DNA from: Arenicellales bacterium
GTDB taxonomy: Bacteria > Pseudomonadota > Gammaproteobacteria > Arenicellales > UBA868
Direction of reading: 5' to 3'
Assembly (NCBI GenBank): GCA_050302555.1
Contig: JBMUHF010000035.1
Coordinates: 1 to 38,706, forward strand
Length of the DNA stretch: 38,706 bases
The notes under the pieces were generated by a model. It did no database searches, was not told the DNA's origin, and saw only the letters and a list, made by a program, of their open reading frames with translations. Below, piece by piece: positions 1-8,243 of this stretch (the stretch's first letter is position 1; every line of letters begins with the position of its first letter). Both the position numbers and the translations under genes were made by a program.

Positions 1-2
1 CT

Positions 3-806
3 TCATCAAAACCCTGGCTCCTGATTATAGGAATTACCTCGAGCGTTATCCTCTGGTATGGCCTCGTCCAATGGACACCGTTTACTTCATTCAACCGCTT
101 ACCTGATCCGTTATCTGTAATCCTCGAGTGGACTTCTACCGACCCTGACTACGGTCTATCAATATTCACCAAAGACTACTACCTGCATATTCTTTACAGC
201 ACCTATCGGGCAACCGTGGCTTTCGCGCTCGCCGTCATTCTAGGGGTGCCACTCGGAATCATGATGGGCTGGCGGGCCAACTTCAACGCCTACGCCGGAG
301 CACTTCTTGACTTTCTGCGACCAATCCCGCCTCTGGCATGGGTCCCCATCGCTATCCTGATCCTTCCAGGAGATGAACCAGCAGTTATCTTCGTCACCTT
401 CCTCGTGGCGTTTTTTGCCACGACCCTGAACACGCTTTTAGGTGTTCGATCGATCGACCCAGATTTTTTTCGGGCGGCTGAGTGTCTTGGCGCGAATGCC
501 CGGGATGTTTTGCGGGATGTTATCGTCCCCGGCGCTCTACCTACCATCTTTACCGGATTGCAGATCGCGATGGGCGCCGCCTGGTTTTCTCTTGTTGCAG
601 GAGAAATGATCGCGGCCCAGTACGGTCTTGGTTTTATGATCCTCGAGTCATACAACCTAGTGCAATACCCCACGATCGTCATCATGATGGCGACCCTTGG
701 AATTGTCGGTTACTTCAGTAGCGCCATGATTCGACTCGTGGGAAAGAAAATGACTCGCTGGCGGGAACAGGCGACCGGGATGGGACTAGAGGCAAAAGCG
801 CAATGA
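3..806 (+). CDS. NitT/TauT (SsuC/TauC-like) ABC transporter permease 1, 5'-truncated by the window edge
   Basis: Frame is open from position 3 (SSKPWLLIIG...LPDPLSVILEW...YRATVAFALAVILG), so the track start at 216 is internal. Contains LRPIPPLAWVP, an EAA-like loop (RAAECLGA) and LVAGEMI. Confidence 0.9.
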   Translation, partial: SSKPWLLIIGITSSVILWYGLVQWTPFTSFNRLPDPLSVILEWTSTDPDYGLSIFTKDYYLHILYSTYRATVAFALAVILGVPLGIMMGWRANFNAYAGALLDFLRPIPPLAWVPIAILILPGDEPAVIFVTFLVAFFATTLNTLLGVRSIDPDFFRAAECLGANARDVLRDVIVPGALPTIFTGLQIAMGAAWFSLVAGEMIAAQYGLGFMILESYNLVQYPTIVIMMATLGIVGYFSSAMIRLVGKKMTRWREQATGMGLEAKAQ

Positions 807-1630
807 GTGAAGCCGGATCCATTTCAGTCTCTAACGTTCGAAAAATCTACGATCCAGAAGGTGCTTCAGTGCACGCGCTAGAAGACTGTTCCTGCGAGAT
901 TCCTTCGGGGAAATTTATCGCCATGGTCGGGCCTTCGGGATGCGGTAAAAGCACCCTGCTCAACATGATTGCGGGTTTCGACACGCCCACCGATGGGGAT
1001 ATCCGGCTAGATGGTCAACTATTGGTCAATTCATCTACCCAGACCCCGCCAAACTCAGACCGTGTCGTGGTCTTTCAGAATGGCGCCCTTTTCCCTTGGA
1101 AAACCGTGTTAGAAAATATTGCTTACGGACCTATCGTCCAGAAAACACGAAGTCGCGAACAAGCAGAACAGGAGGCGTTGGAACTCCTCCGAAAAGCGGG
1201 AGGTCTCGAACGAATCGCCGGCGCCTTCCCCAACCAGATCTCATCAGGCATGCAACGACGGGTAGAGATTCTTCGTGCGCTGATCAACCAGCCAAAGGTA
1301 CTCCTACTTGATGAGCCGTTTAGAGCGATGGATACCGTGTCGAAATCAAAGATGCATCAGCATCTACTCGACATCCACTACAAGTTCAAACCGTCCATAC
1401 TGCTGATTACCCACGATCTTGTCGAAGCCATTCTGCTCGCAGATGTTGTTCTGGTCATGACGACCCGACCGGGGACAATAAAGGTCAACATTAACATTAA
1501 CCTGCCCCGTCCTCGATCAAGAGACATGATTCTCTCGGAGGAATTTACAGAACTCCAAAAACAAGCGATCTCTGCCGTGCATGAAGAGGCTCGTAAGGCA
1601 TTCGAGCGCGGTGAGAAGGAGTTGGCTTGA
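803..1630 (+). CDS. NitT/TauT ABC transporter ATP-binding protein 1
   Basis: Walker A GPSGCGKS, Q-loop VVFQ, atypical signature ISSGMQRR, Walker B LLLDEP, H-loop ITHD, C-terminal LPRPR. ATGA overlap with the upstream permease. Confidence 0.93.
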   Translation: MSEAGSISVSNVRKIYDPEGASVHALEDCSCEIPSGKFIAMVGPSGCGKSTLLNMIAGFDTPTDGDIRLDGQLLVNSSTQTPPNSDRVVVFQNGALFPWKTVLENIAYGPIVQKTRSREQAEQEALELLRKAGGLERIAGAFPNQISSGMQRRVEILRALINQPKVLLLDEPFRAMDTVSKSKMHQHLLDIHYKFKPSILLITHDLVEAILLADVVLVMTTRPGTIKVNININLPRPRSRDMILSEEFTELQKQAISAVHEEARKAFERGEKELA

Positions 1631-1634
1631 GCCA

Positions 1635-2408
1635 ATGCTGAAGCAGCTTCAATCCTCTCTGAACTGGCGTGGCTTCGTCGCCATCTTTGGGTTTTTTCTG
1701 AGCTGGTATCTAGCCTGTATTTTGGAACTACCAGGGTTTGCCGAAATGGCAAATCCACTGGAAGTGATCCAGATGTTTGTACGGGAATATGCGCGCGACG
1801 ATCACTACTGGCTTTCATGGATCACGAGTTTCCAGCGGGTACTTTATGGCTTTCTCTTTGCGCAACTGTTCGGCATCCCACTAGGGCTCTTGTTCGGGAC
1901 TAATGAGAAATTCCGGAACCTGTTCTTCCCAGTGTTTGAATTGCTGCGGCCGATTCCACCATTGGCCTGGGTGCCGATGTCGATCCTGTTCTGGCCGACC
2001 AATGAATCCAGCATCATCTTCATTACCTTTATCGGAGCCTTCTTCATTATTGTTATTAATGTCTTTGATGGGGTTCGGGATATCAAACGAGAGCACCTCT
2101 GGCTGGCTCTGTCGCTTGGCGCACCCCGTCGAGTGATATTCCTGCGGATCATGCTCCCAAGTGTGATCCCCTCGATCGCTGTGGGGATGACACTTGGGAT
2201 TGCCATTACGTGGGATGTGGTGATCGCAGCAGAAATGATCGCTAGTGATAGTGGGTTGGGAAGACTCACCTGGGAAGGTTACGTAAGTAGTACGCCAGAA
2301 GTCCTGGTGATCGGCATGATCAGCATTGGTTTGGCCGGATATCTCTCTACCAAAATAGTCAACACAATTGAACGAAAGATGATGCCCTGGCGAAGAGTGG
2401 GGCGATGA
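1635..2408 (+). CDS. NitT/TauT ABC transporter permease 2
   Basis: LRPIPPLAWVP and VIAAEMIASDSGLG motifs plus hydrophobic helices. Start moved from 1581 to the ATG at 1635, just after the ATPase stop. Confidence 0.9.
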   Translation: MLKQLQSSLNWRGFVAIFGFFLSWYLACILELPGFAEMANPLEVIQMFVREYARDDHYWLSWITSFQRVLYGFLFAQLFGIPLGLLFGTNEKFRNLFFPVFELLRPIPPLAWVPMSILFWPTNESSIIFITFIGAFFIIVINVFDGVRDIKREHLWLALSLGAPRRVIFLRIMLPSVIPSIAVGMTLGIAITWDVVIAAEMIASDSGLGRLTWEGYVSSTPEVLVIGMISIGLAGYLSTKIVNTIERKMMPWRRVGR

Positions 2409-3211
2409 GCACATCTGCAAATCATTCGCCCACAAAAGGCGACTCCGGAATCTGGTTGGACAGCGTCAGTAAGAGCTTTTCCTCACCCGACGCTGGGTTA
2501 ATACCCGTATTTGAGAACCTCTCCGTTCAGTTTGAACCCAACCAATTGCACGTCGTTATGGGCGCTTCAGGCTGCGGGAAGTCGACATTGGGCTACCTGT
2601 TGGCCGGATTCATCCGGCCGGATCAAGGCAGCGTCGGCCTTGGCGACAAGCTAGTAAAAAATCCCGGTCCGGAAAGATTGCTGGTCTTTCAGGAAACGGC
2701 TCTCTGGCCCTGGATGACCGTGCTGGACAACGTCGTTTTTGGGCCGAAGGTCCGGGGTGACACTGATACCGCAAGCGCAAAAAGCGCAGCACAAGCACTG
2801 CTCATGAAATTCGGCTTGGCCGACTTTTCTGACAAGTATCCCGACCAGCTCTCAGGAGGAATGAAGCGGCGGGCAGAGATCGCGCAGGCGCTGATTAACC
2901 GGCCCGAGGTCATGATCCTCGACGAACCATTCCGTGGGCTGGATGTCATGACGCGGGAGATTCTTCAGGAGTACTACCTCGATCTCTTTGAGGAGACTCG
3001 ACAGACAACGGTATTTATAACCTCCGAACTCGAAGAAGCCCTGTTTCTCGCCGACAAGATCTACATCATGGGTGAGCAGCCAGCACGAATTCTTGACGTT
3101 ATTGACGTTGACCTGCCTCGGCCCCGCGACTTTGAGGTCACGGTGAGCAAAAAGTATCTCGAGTACAAAGAGCGGGCAATTAAACAGCTCTTTCAATCCG
3201 AGGAGTCATAG
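2405..3211 (+). CDS. NitT/TauT ABC transporter ATP-binding protein 2
   Basis: Walker A GASGCGKS, signature LSGGMKRR, Walker B MILDEP. H-loop His replaced (ITSE). LPRPR tail; ATGA overlap. Confidence 0.92.
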   Translation: MSTSANHSPTKGDSGIWLDSVSKSFSSPDAGLIPVFENLSVQFEPNQLHVVMGASGCGKSTLGYLLAGFIRPDQGSVGLGDKLVKNPGPERLLVFQETALWPWMTVLDNVVFGPKVRGDTDTASAKSAAQALLMKFGLADFSDKYPDQLSGGMKRRAEIAQALINRPEVMILDEPFRGLDVMTREILQEYYLDLFEETRQTTVFITSELEEALFLADKIYIMGEQPARILDVIDVDLPRPRDFEVTVSKKYLEYKERAIKQLFQSEES

Positions 3212-3253
3212 ATTTCGCATCAGAGCATGAGGTCAAAACTCTGAAATTACCTT

Positions 3254-3288
3254 AACCACCAACCATAAACCATGAACCATGAACAACG
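3254..3288 (+). repeat. Degenerate 7-bp tandem repeat x5 (AACCACC AACCATA AACCATG AACCATG AACAACG)
   Basis: Read directly; abuts the GGAGGAG ribosome-binding site of the binding-protein gene. Confidence 0.7.
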
Positions 3289-3301
3289 GAGGAGTACCAA
3301 A

Positions 3302-4390
3302 ATGAAGTTTCTAAAATTAGTTGCTGTAGTGTTGATCTTTGCGGCATCCGGCAAAGCGTGGTCTGCAGATGCTGTCGATATCACTTACGGATACCATCCC
3401 TATTGGACGGGTGGCTGGAACGGCGTGATTATCAAACATCTAAAGCTTCATGAAAAATACCTGCCGGCGGGTAGCAAGGTCAGATTTGAAGCTCACTTGA
3501 CCGGCCCCCCAATGGTTAACGCGCTGCTGGCTGACAAGATGCAGATCGGCACCATGGGTGATATGCCGTCCCTCGTGGCAACGACCAAAAGAAAGATCGC
3601 TGATGTCCGACTAGTCTCTACGCCAATGTTCAGTAACGGTCAGAACTGCAACAAGATCGTGGTACCAGTTGATGCTCCCGACTTTGCCAGTGTGGAAGAG
3701 GCTGGTGCCTGGCTCACCGGAAAACCCTTTGCTGTACACAGAGGTACCTGCGCTAACCGGTTCGTCGACTCCGTGATCATGAAAGGCGCCTTCACGCCCT
3801 CTGAGCGCTTGAGCATGACGATTGAGGTCATCACCAGTAATTTTGAAAGTGGCAAAATGAAAGGGGGAGCCGCGATGTGGGAGCCTCATGCGCGACGGGT
3901 GGTCGAACTGGGTCACGCTAAGTACGTTGCCACGGGTGCGCCGTGGGGAGAGACGGATGCCGACTTCACGCTCATGCGCCAAGATTTCATCGAGAACCAT
4001 CCAGAGGCCGCTGTTGGCTGGATGAAGGCAGAGATCGAGGCAATGCAGTTCATGATCAACAATCCCGAACAGACAGTAGAAATTCTCTACGAGGAATTGA
4101 CCGGTTACCCCAAGTCCACCATTTGGTCCGCAATTTACGAAGAGAACCCTGTCTCAATCGGAGGAGACCCTGTCACCTATCAGGCAAAGATGGTGTTTGA
4201 CAGCGATGTCATCACCTTGGCCAAGAATGGGTACGCATTTCTGCATCAGTTAAAGGTCCTCAAATCGCCCAACCCTCCTGAGAACTTCTACAATGACGGT
4301 CCACTACAGACTGCCCTGTCGGAGATGAATCTGAAAGCGCCGATTGGAGACATCATCGGTAAGCCGCGGTCGACGCGTCCGTACGACTAA
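3302..4390 (+). CDS. ABC transporter substrate-binding protein (SsuA/TauA/NMT1-like)
   Basis: GGAGGAG RBS before ATG 3302, signal peptide MKFLKLVAVVLIFAASGKAWSA, motifs GPPMVNALLA..QIGTMGDMP, WEP and FIENHPE. Last gene of the ABC operon. Confidence 0.88.
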   Translation: MKFLKLVAVVLIFAASGKAWSADAVDITYGYHPYWTGGWNGVIIKHLKLHEKYLPAGSKVRFEAHLTGPPMVNALLADKMQIGTMGDMPSLVATTKRKIADVRLVSTPMFSNGQNCNKIVVPVDAPDFASVEEAGAWLTGKPFAVHRGTCANRFVDSVIMKGAFTPSERLSMTIEVITSNFESGKMKGGAAMWEPHARRVVELGHAKYVATGAPWGETDADFTLMRQDFIENHPEAAVGWMKAEIEAMQFMINNPEQTVEILYEELTGYPKSTIWSAIYEENPVSIGGDPVTYQAKMVFDSDVITLAKNGYAFLHQLKVLKSPNPPENFYNDGPLQTALSEMNLKAPIGDIIGKPRSTRPYD

Positions 4391-4410
4391 AGCTTCGTGA
4401 GTGCCATTGC

Positions 4411-4435
4411 AGGGCGCCCCTTGGGCGCCCTTTTT
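4411..4435 (+). terminator. Intrinsic terminator AGGGCGCCC-ctt-GGGCGCCCT-TTTT
   Basis: 9-bp GC-rich stem followed by a T run, between convergent genes. Confidence 0.8.
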
Positions 4436-4940
4436 ATTGGCGCACGAGATCTAAATCAACAGATACCGGATTTCGCAAATCGTCGAGAACGGGGCAATGC
4501 TGATTAACCGCCTCCCGGAGACGTTCCAGCTCCTGATCACTAGCTGAGGTTTGGACTTTAATTTCGCCGGTGATGTGTGAAAACCCGGCACGCACCGAAT
4601 CGTCCATTCCGAAAAATCCTCTCGCGTCGGAGTGGCCCGTCAAACTGACAGATACCTCGTCCAGAGGAATCCCTAACGCATCGGCGTAGAGACGATAGGT
4701 AACCTCATGGCATGCCGCCAAAGCGGCCAGTACATATTCACTGGGCCGGGGCCCCTGATCCGTGCCGCCCATCCCTTTGTTCTGATCCACCACAATATCA
4801 AAACCACGCGCTTTCACCCGACTCATAAAGCCGTCCACCAGTTGACTATCAGCCTTTACCTTGACGGAGCACTTATCAGGATTTGCCGACAGAATCTCCC
4901 TTTTTTGGTCCCAGATCTCTTTGAAGTCTTTGGTGGTCAT
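4434..4940 (-). CDS. OsmC/Ohr-family protein
   Basis: DQxxxMGGTDQGPRPSEYVLAALAAC and ..HCPVLD, i.e. the two conserved OsmC cysteines. ATG at 4940 (MTTKDFKE) preferred over the track start at 5006. Confidence 0.88.
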   Translation of the reverse strand: MTTKDFKEIWDQKREILSANPDKCSVKVKADSQLVDGFMSRVKARGFDIVVDQNKGMGGTDQGPRPSEYVLAALAACHEVTYRLYADALGIPLDEVSVSLTGHSDARGFFGMDDSVRAGFSHITGEIKVQTSASDQELERLREAVNQHCPVLDDLRNPVSVDLDLVRQ

Positions 4941-5128
4941 GGTTGGCCTATTCGAAACGGAAATTGAAGTGGCAGCGCGATCGGTAGCGAATTCCCCGTC
5001 TCGCAACTTTCAAACTGAATTGAGATGTCTAAATATACCCGGGCATTCAGGGCTCGTCCTCAACCCGATCTACCTTATCTCGGTCAGGATTGGAGTTACT
5101 AAAACGAGCACCATAGCAGCCGCAACGG

Positions 5129-5167
5129 GTGGGAAATTAGTGGGCCACTTGTGGGAAATAAGTGGGC
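5129..5167. promoter_or_regulatory. Candidate operator: four GTGGG boxes at 11-bp period (two copies of GTGGGAAATWAGTGGGC)
   Basis: GTGGG at 5129, 5140, 5151 and 5162; a further inverted GCCCAC at 5280-5285. Lies in the divergent osmC / HTH-fusion intergenic region. Confidence 0.65.
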
Positions 5168-5295
5168 GATATTCCTTTTTCTGGGATAATAATTGATAAC
5201 AGGATCCAAATCTCTCAAGAATATTACAAAAAGGTCTTTTAAATAACTAAAATACGTCCATTTTATTATTGAGAACACTGCCCACGTTTTGAGAA

Positions 5296-5349
5296 ACTTT
5301 TTTTATTTATAAAAAAAGTCTTTACAGGTCTCTTAATAGTCTCTAAGTT
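5296..5349 (+). promoter_or_regulatory. Putative sigma70 promoter (TTTACA-17-TAAGTT) with upstream A/T-tract palindrome
   Basis: -35-like at 5321-5326, -10-like at 5344-5349, 17-nt spacer. ACTTTTTTTAT-tt-ATAAAAAAAGT at 5296-5319 sits in the UP-element position. Confidence 0.45.
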
Positions 5350-5456
5350 GAGGTCTGCCCGCACGACCGAGATCGCCAGGCCTCGTAACGTTTTCAAAGG
5401 CTGGCCACGGGCGCCGATCGCAATCAGGAATTTTTCGTAAAGAGGTAGATGAACTA

Positions 5457-6977
5457 ATGCAAATACAAACAGTATCTGGGCCGCAGGACTCGATCCGCTC
5501 GTTATTAACGGATATCGAGAACTTTTGCCGCTCTTGCGACATGGCAGAGACCACATTCGGTCGCCAGGCGGTCAACGATGGCAAGCTGTGCCAGCGACTC
5601 CGCACTGGAAAAGGAATCACTATTAACACCGTTCATAAGATCCAGGAATTTATTCGCCAAAAGAGCGCCCTTTCCCATCCACTTTCCCTGACCCCCAATA
5701 GCTTACTAGCCTCCCCTAGCCAAGATACGTCCAATGGCGCGCTCCATGAACCGATCTCCTCACAAAAAGGCATAACCGCCGAGAAAGGGTCGCCTCCAAC
5801 CCGGCCTTTTCGCTTTTACGACAACCGGCAGAAATACCTCGGGTTTGTGAATACTTGTGATGAGAAATGGAAAGTCGCAGAACGTGCGGCGCATGAACTG
5901 TCTCATGTTCAGCCCGTACCTCCGGCGCTTCGTATCTTTGACGCAGGCGTGGGAGACGGCTCGGTGCTGAGTTATCTGCTACGCGCAACCCATCAAAAAT
6001 TCCCAACGATTCCATTTTTTGTCGTCGGCAAAGAGATCAGTCTAGAGGACGTGCGACTCTGTCTGGATAACCTACCCGACCGATTCGCTGAACACCCTGC
6101 GAGCGTCATCTGTATTACCAACCTTTTTTACAGTGAAGCGCCGTGGCTGATGCCCGGAAACATGGCCGCTGCAGCAGCGCTCAACTGGCACGAGATTTCC
6201 CTGCAGGGCGACTCCGCCCAGGAATACGGGGAGCAGTTAAAGGCTATCGACGACATTCTCGTGGATGGCTGGGAAGTCAAAGTCAGTGAGAAAACCGGAA
6301 ACCCTCGCTATGTCCGACCCTCGGTCCTGGTAATTTTCCGGGAAGACAATCGATTCCTCCTCGACTCTGTCATACCCCGCCGCGGGCAGGTGTCCGGTGA
6401 CTATGATCTGATACTGGCCGCTCAACCATGGCGCGCCCGGATGAGCGCGCAGTTCAAGGCTGAAAAAGTGCTTGCTCCACTGGTGCGAAGTCTCGGGCCA
6501 GGAGGCAGACTTCTGGCGGTCCAGTCTGCCGGAAACGACCCGGGCATGGAACTCGTCAACCTTGTCTGGCCTGACGAGAATCCGTTTGAGGTGAACCGGC
6601 ATGACCTTCTGAAAGCGCTCAAGGATAAGCTCGGCCGTGCCGGCTCGAATTACAACTTTAATGCCGGTTCCGACAACAAATCGATTATGAAATATGAGAT
6701 GAAAACGCTGCCCAATGAGATTGCCGACAGCATCGGCACGTCTACTCTTTTTGCAGCCTGGAACGCGTCGACCTATGTCGCGCAAATTGAAGACGATCGT
6801 CTACAGCCGGCTGTGGCTTCAGGCGCATACCTTGAAGCAACCGAGAAAGTACTGCAAAAGCACAATGGCATCTGGTTTAATGACGAAACCTTTGTGGTAT
6901 CCCGCAGACGTAATTCGATCGCTCACGGTAACTCGCATAGCCCCTCTACCGCCAGCTCCTTTTCTGCTGATAAATAG
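5457..6977 (+). CDS. Uncharacterised fusion: N-terminal Cro/XRE-like HTH + low-complexity linker + class I SAM-dependent methyltransferase fold
   Basis: N-terminus IENFCRSCDMAETTFGRQAVNDGKLCQRLRTGKGITINTVHKIQEFI resembles small phage-type HTH proteins. S/P-rich linker, then motif I LRIFDAGVGDG, beta2 VVGKEISLED, YDLILA and LVRSLGPGGRLL. AGAGG RBS. Confidence 0.75.
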   Translation: MQIQTVSGPQDSIRSLLTDIENFCRSCDMAETTFGRQAVNDGKLCQRLRTGKGITINTVHKIQEFIRQKSALSHPLSLTPNSLLASPSQDTSNGALHEPISSQKGITAEKGSPPTRPFRFYDNRQKYLGFVNTCDEKWKVAERAAHELSHVQPVPPALRIFDAGVGDGSVLSYLLRATHQKFPTIPFFVVGKEISLEDVRLCLDNLPDRFAEHPASVICITNLFYSEAPWLMPGNMAAAAALNWHEISLQGDSAQEYGEQLKAIDDILVDGWEVKVSEKTGNPRYVRPSVLVIFREDNRFLLDSVIPRRGQVSGDYDLILAAQPWRARMSAQFKAEKVLAPLVRSLGPGGRLLAVQSAGNDPGMELVNLVWPDENPFEVNRHDLLKALKDKLGRAGSNYNFNAGSDNKSIMKYEMKTLPNEIADSIGTSTLFAAWNASTYVAQIEDDRLQPAVASGAYLEATEKVLQKHNGIWFNDETFVVSRRRNSIAHGNSHSPSTASSFSADK

Positions 6978-7001
6978 ACTTCACTACGGAATAGCCTACC
7001 C

Positions 7002-8213
7002 ATGAAAGAGCATTATTACTTTGACAACGCGGCAACGACACTGCCGAAACCAGAACCGGTATACCAGTTCATGGATCAGTTCTTCCGTAGTCACGGAGTG
7101 AACCCTGGCCGCTCAGGGCATGAACTGGCTGTCGAAGCTGAAACGATGATCGTTCAAACCCGGCGAATGCTGGCGGAGTTTTTCGGATTTTCGGGTGACC
7201 CGGGCCGGGTAACGTTTTCCCAAAACGCGACCGACTCCATGAACGCGGCGCTATCGGGGATGCTGAACCCTGGCGACCACATGATCATTACGCGGATGGA
7301 GCATAACTGCGTTCTGCGCCCGGCCAATCACTTTGAACGGGATCATGATGTCTCGGTCACACGTATCAGCGCAGACGCTAAAGGATTTATCGATCCGGAC
7401 GAGATCGCCAAGAGCATTCAGCCCAATACCCGCGTTGTTGTTGTCAACCATGCTTCCAATGTAACGGGCTCACTTCAGGACGCAGCGACAATTGGCAAAC
7501 TGGTGAAAGAAACCGACGCGACCTTCGTCCTCGACTCGTGCCAAACCGCAGGCGTGGTCCCTATTGCCATGGACGACTGGGGTGTGGATGTACTGGTCTA
7601 TACCGGACACAAGGGTCTTTTCGGGCCTATGGGTATCGGCGGCATGCTGGTAGCGGAAGGCGTTGATATCCGCCCGCCGCGCACAGGAGGTACCGGCGTG
7701 AATTCAATCTCCCCTTTCCAGCCTGACGAGTATCCCTACCGGATGGAGACCGGCACCCACTGCCTGCCAGGCATCGCTGGACTGAATGCCGCGCAGAAGT
7801 GGTTTGCCGAACTAGGTCGGAGCCACGGCGCGGATCCAGACAGCACCCATGGACAAGCCTGCGCAACTGCGCTGGCCCATATCCACGAGCAGGAACTCAG
7901 CGCAACCCAGCATCTGCTCAATGCCTTTGACAGCATCGACGGGGTCAAACTCTATGGCCCCGAGATTGGGCAACCGCGGGTTTCAACCCTATCAATCAAT
8001 ATCAGGGATCTTCCTGCAGACCAGGTCGGCGCCATGCTGGATGCCGATCATGCAGTCTGTGTCAGACCGGGTTTGCACTGCGCACCGGATGTTCACGAAC
8101 TGCTTGGCACCGTTCCCCAGAATGGCACCGTGCGCTTTGCCTCGGGATACTTCACTGATGACGAAGACCTGAATCAAGCTGTCGAAGCTGTCCGGGATCT
8201 TGCCGAAAACTAA
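7002..8213 (+). CDS. Cysteine desulfurase / selenocysteine lyase family protein (aminotransferase class V, PLP)
   Basis: YFDNAATT, NPGRSGH, MEHN, NHASNVTG, PLP lysine in TGHKGLFGP, ETGT and catalytic-Cys loop RPGLHCAP. Confidence 0.88.
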   Translation: MKEHYYFDNAATTLPKPEPVYQFMDQFFRSHGVNPGRSGHELAVEAETMIVQTRRMLAEFFGFSGDPGRVTFSQNATDSMNAALSGMLNPGDHMIITRMEHNCVLRPANHFERDHDVSVTRISADAKGFIDPDEIAKSIQPNTRVVVVNHASNVTGSLQDAATIGKLVKETDATFVLDSCQTAGVVPIAMDDWGVDVLVYTGHKGLFGPMGIGGMLVAEGVDIRPPRTGGTGVNSISPFQPDEYPYRMETGTHCLPGIAGLNAAQKWFAELGRSHGADPDSTHGQACATALAHIHEQELSATQHLLNAFDSIDGVKLYGPEIGQPRVSTLSINIRDLPADQVGAMLDADHAVCVRPGLHCAPDVHELLGTVPQNGTVRFASGYFTDDEDLNQAVEAVRDLAEN

Positions 8214-8243
8214 CCGCTTACCGCCCTGAGGCAGGATGTCTTT

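Noticed and set aside
5129-5167. MraZ-type binding site (TGGG direct repeats)
   Set aside because: MraZ boxes recur every 10 bp upstream of mraZ/dcw. These recur every 11 bp and no division genes are nearby.
5129-5167. CRISPR or iteron array
   Set aside because: Repeats are too short and few; no spacers, cas or rep gene.
4861-5629. Short ORFs 4861-5196, 5266-5556 and 5333-5629
   Set aside because: No recognisable motifs; they overlap osmC, the regulatory region or the HTH fusion on the opposite strand.
5457-5660. Prophage remnant suggested by the phage-like HTH
   Set aside because: The domain is fused in frame to a long intact ORF and no other phage genes are present.
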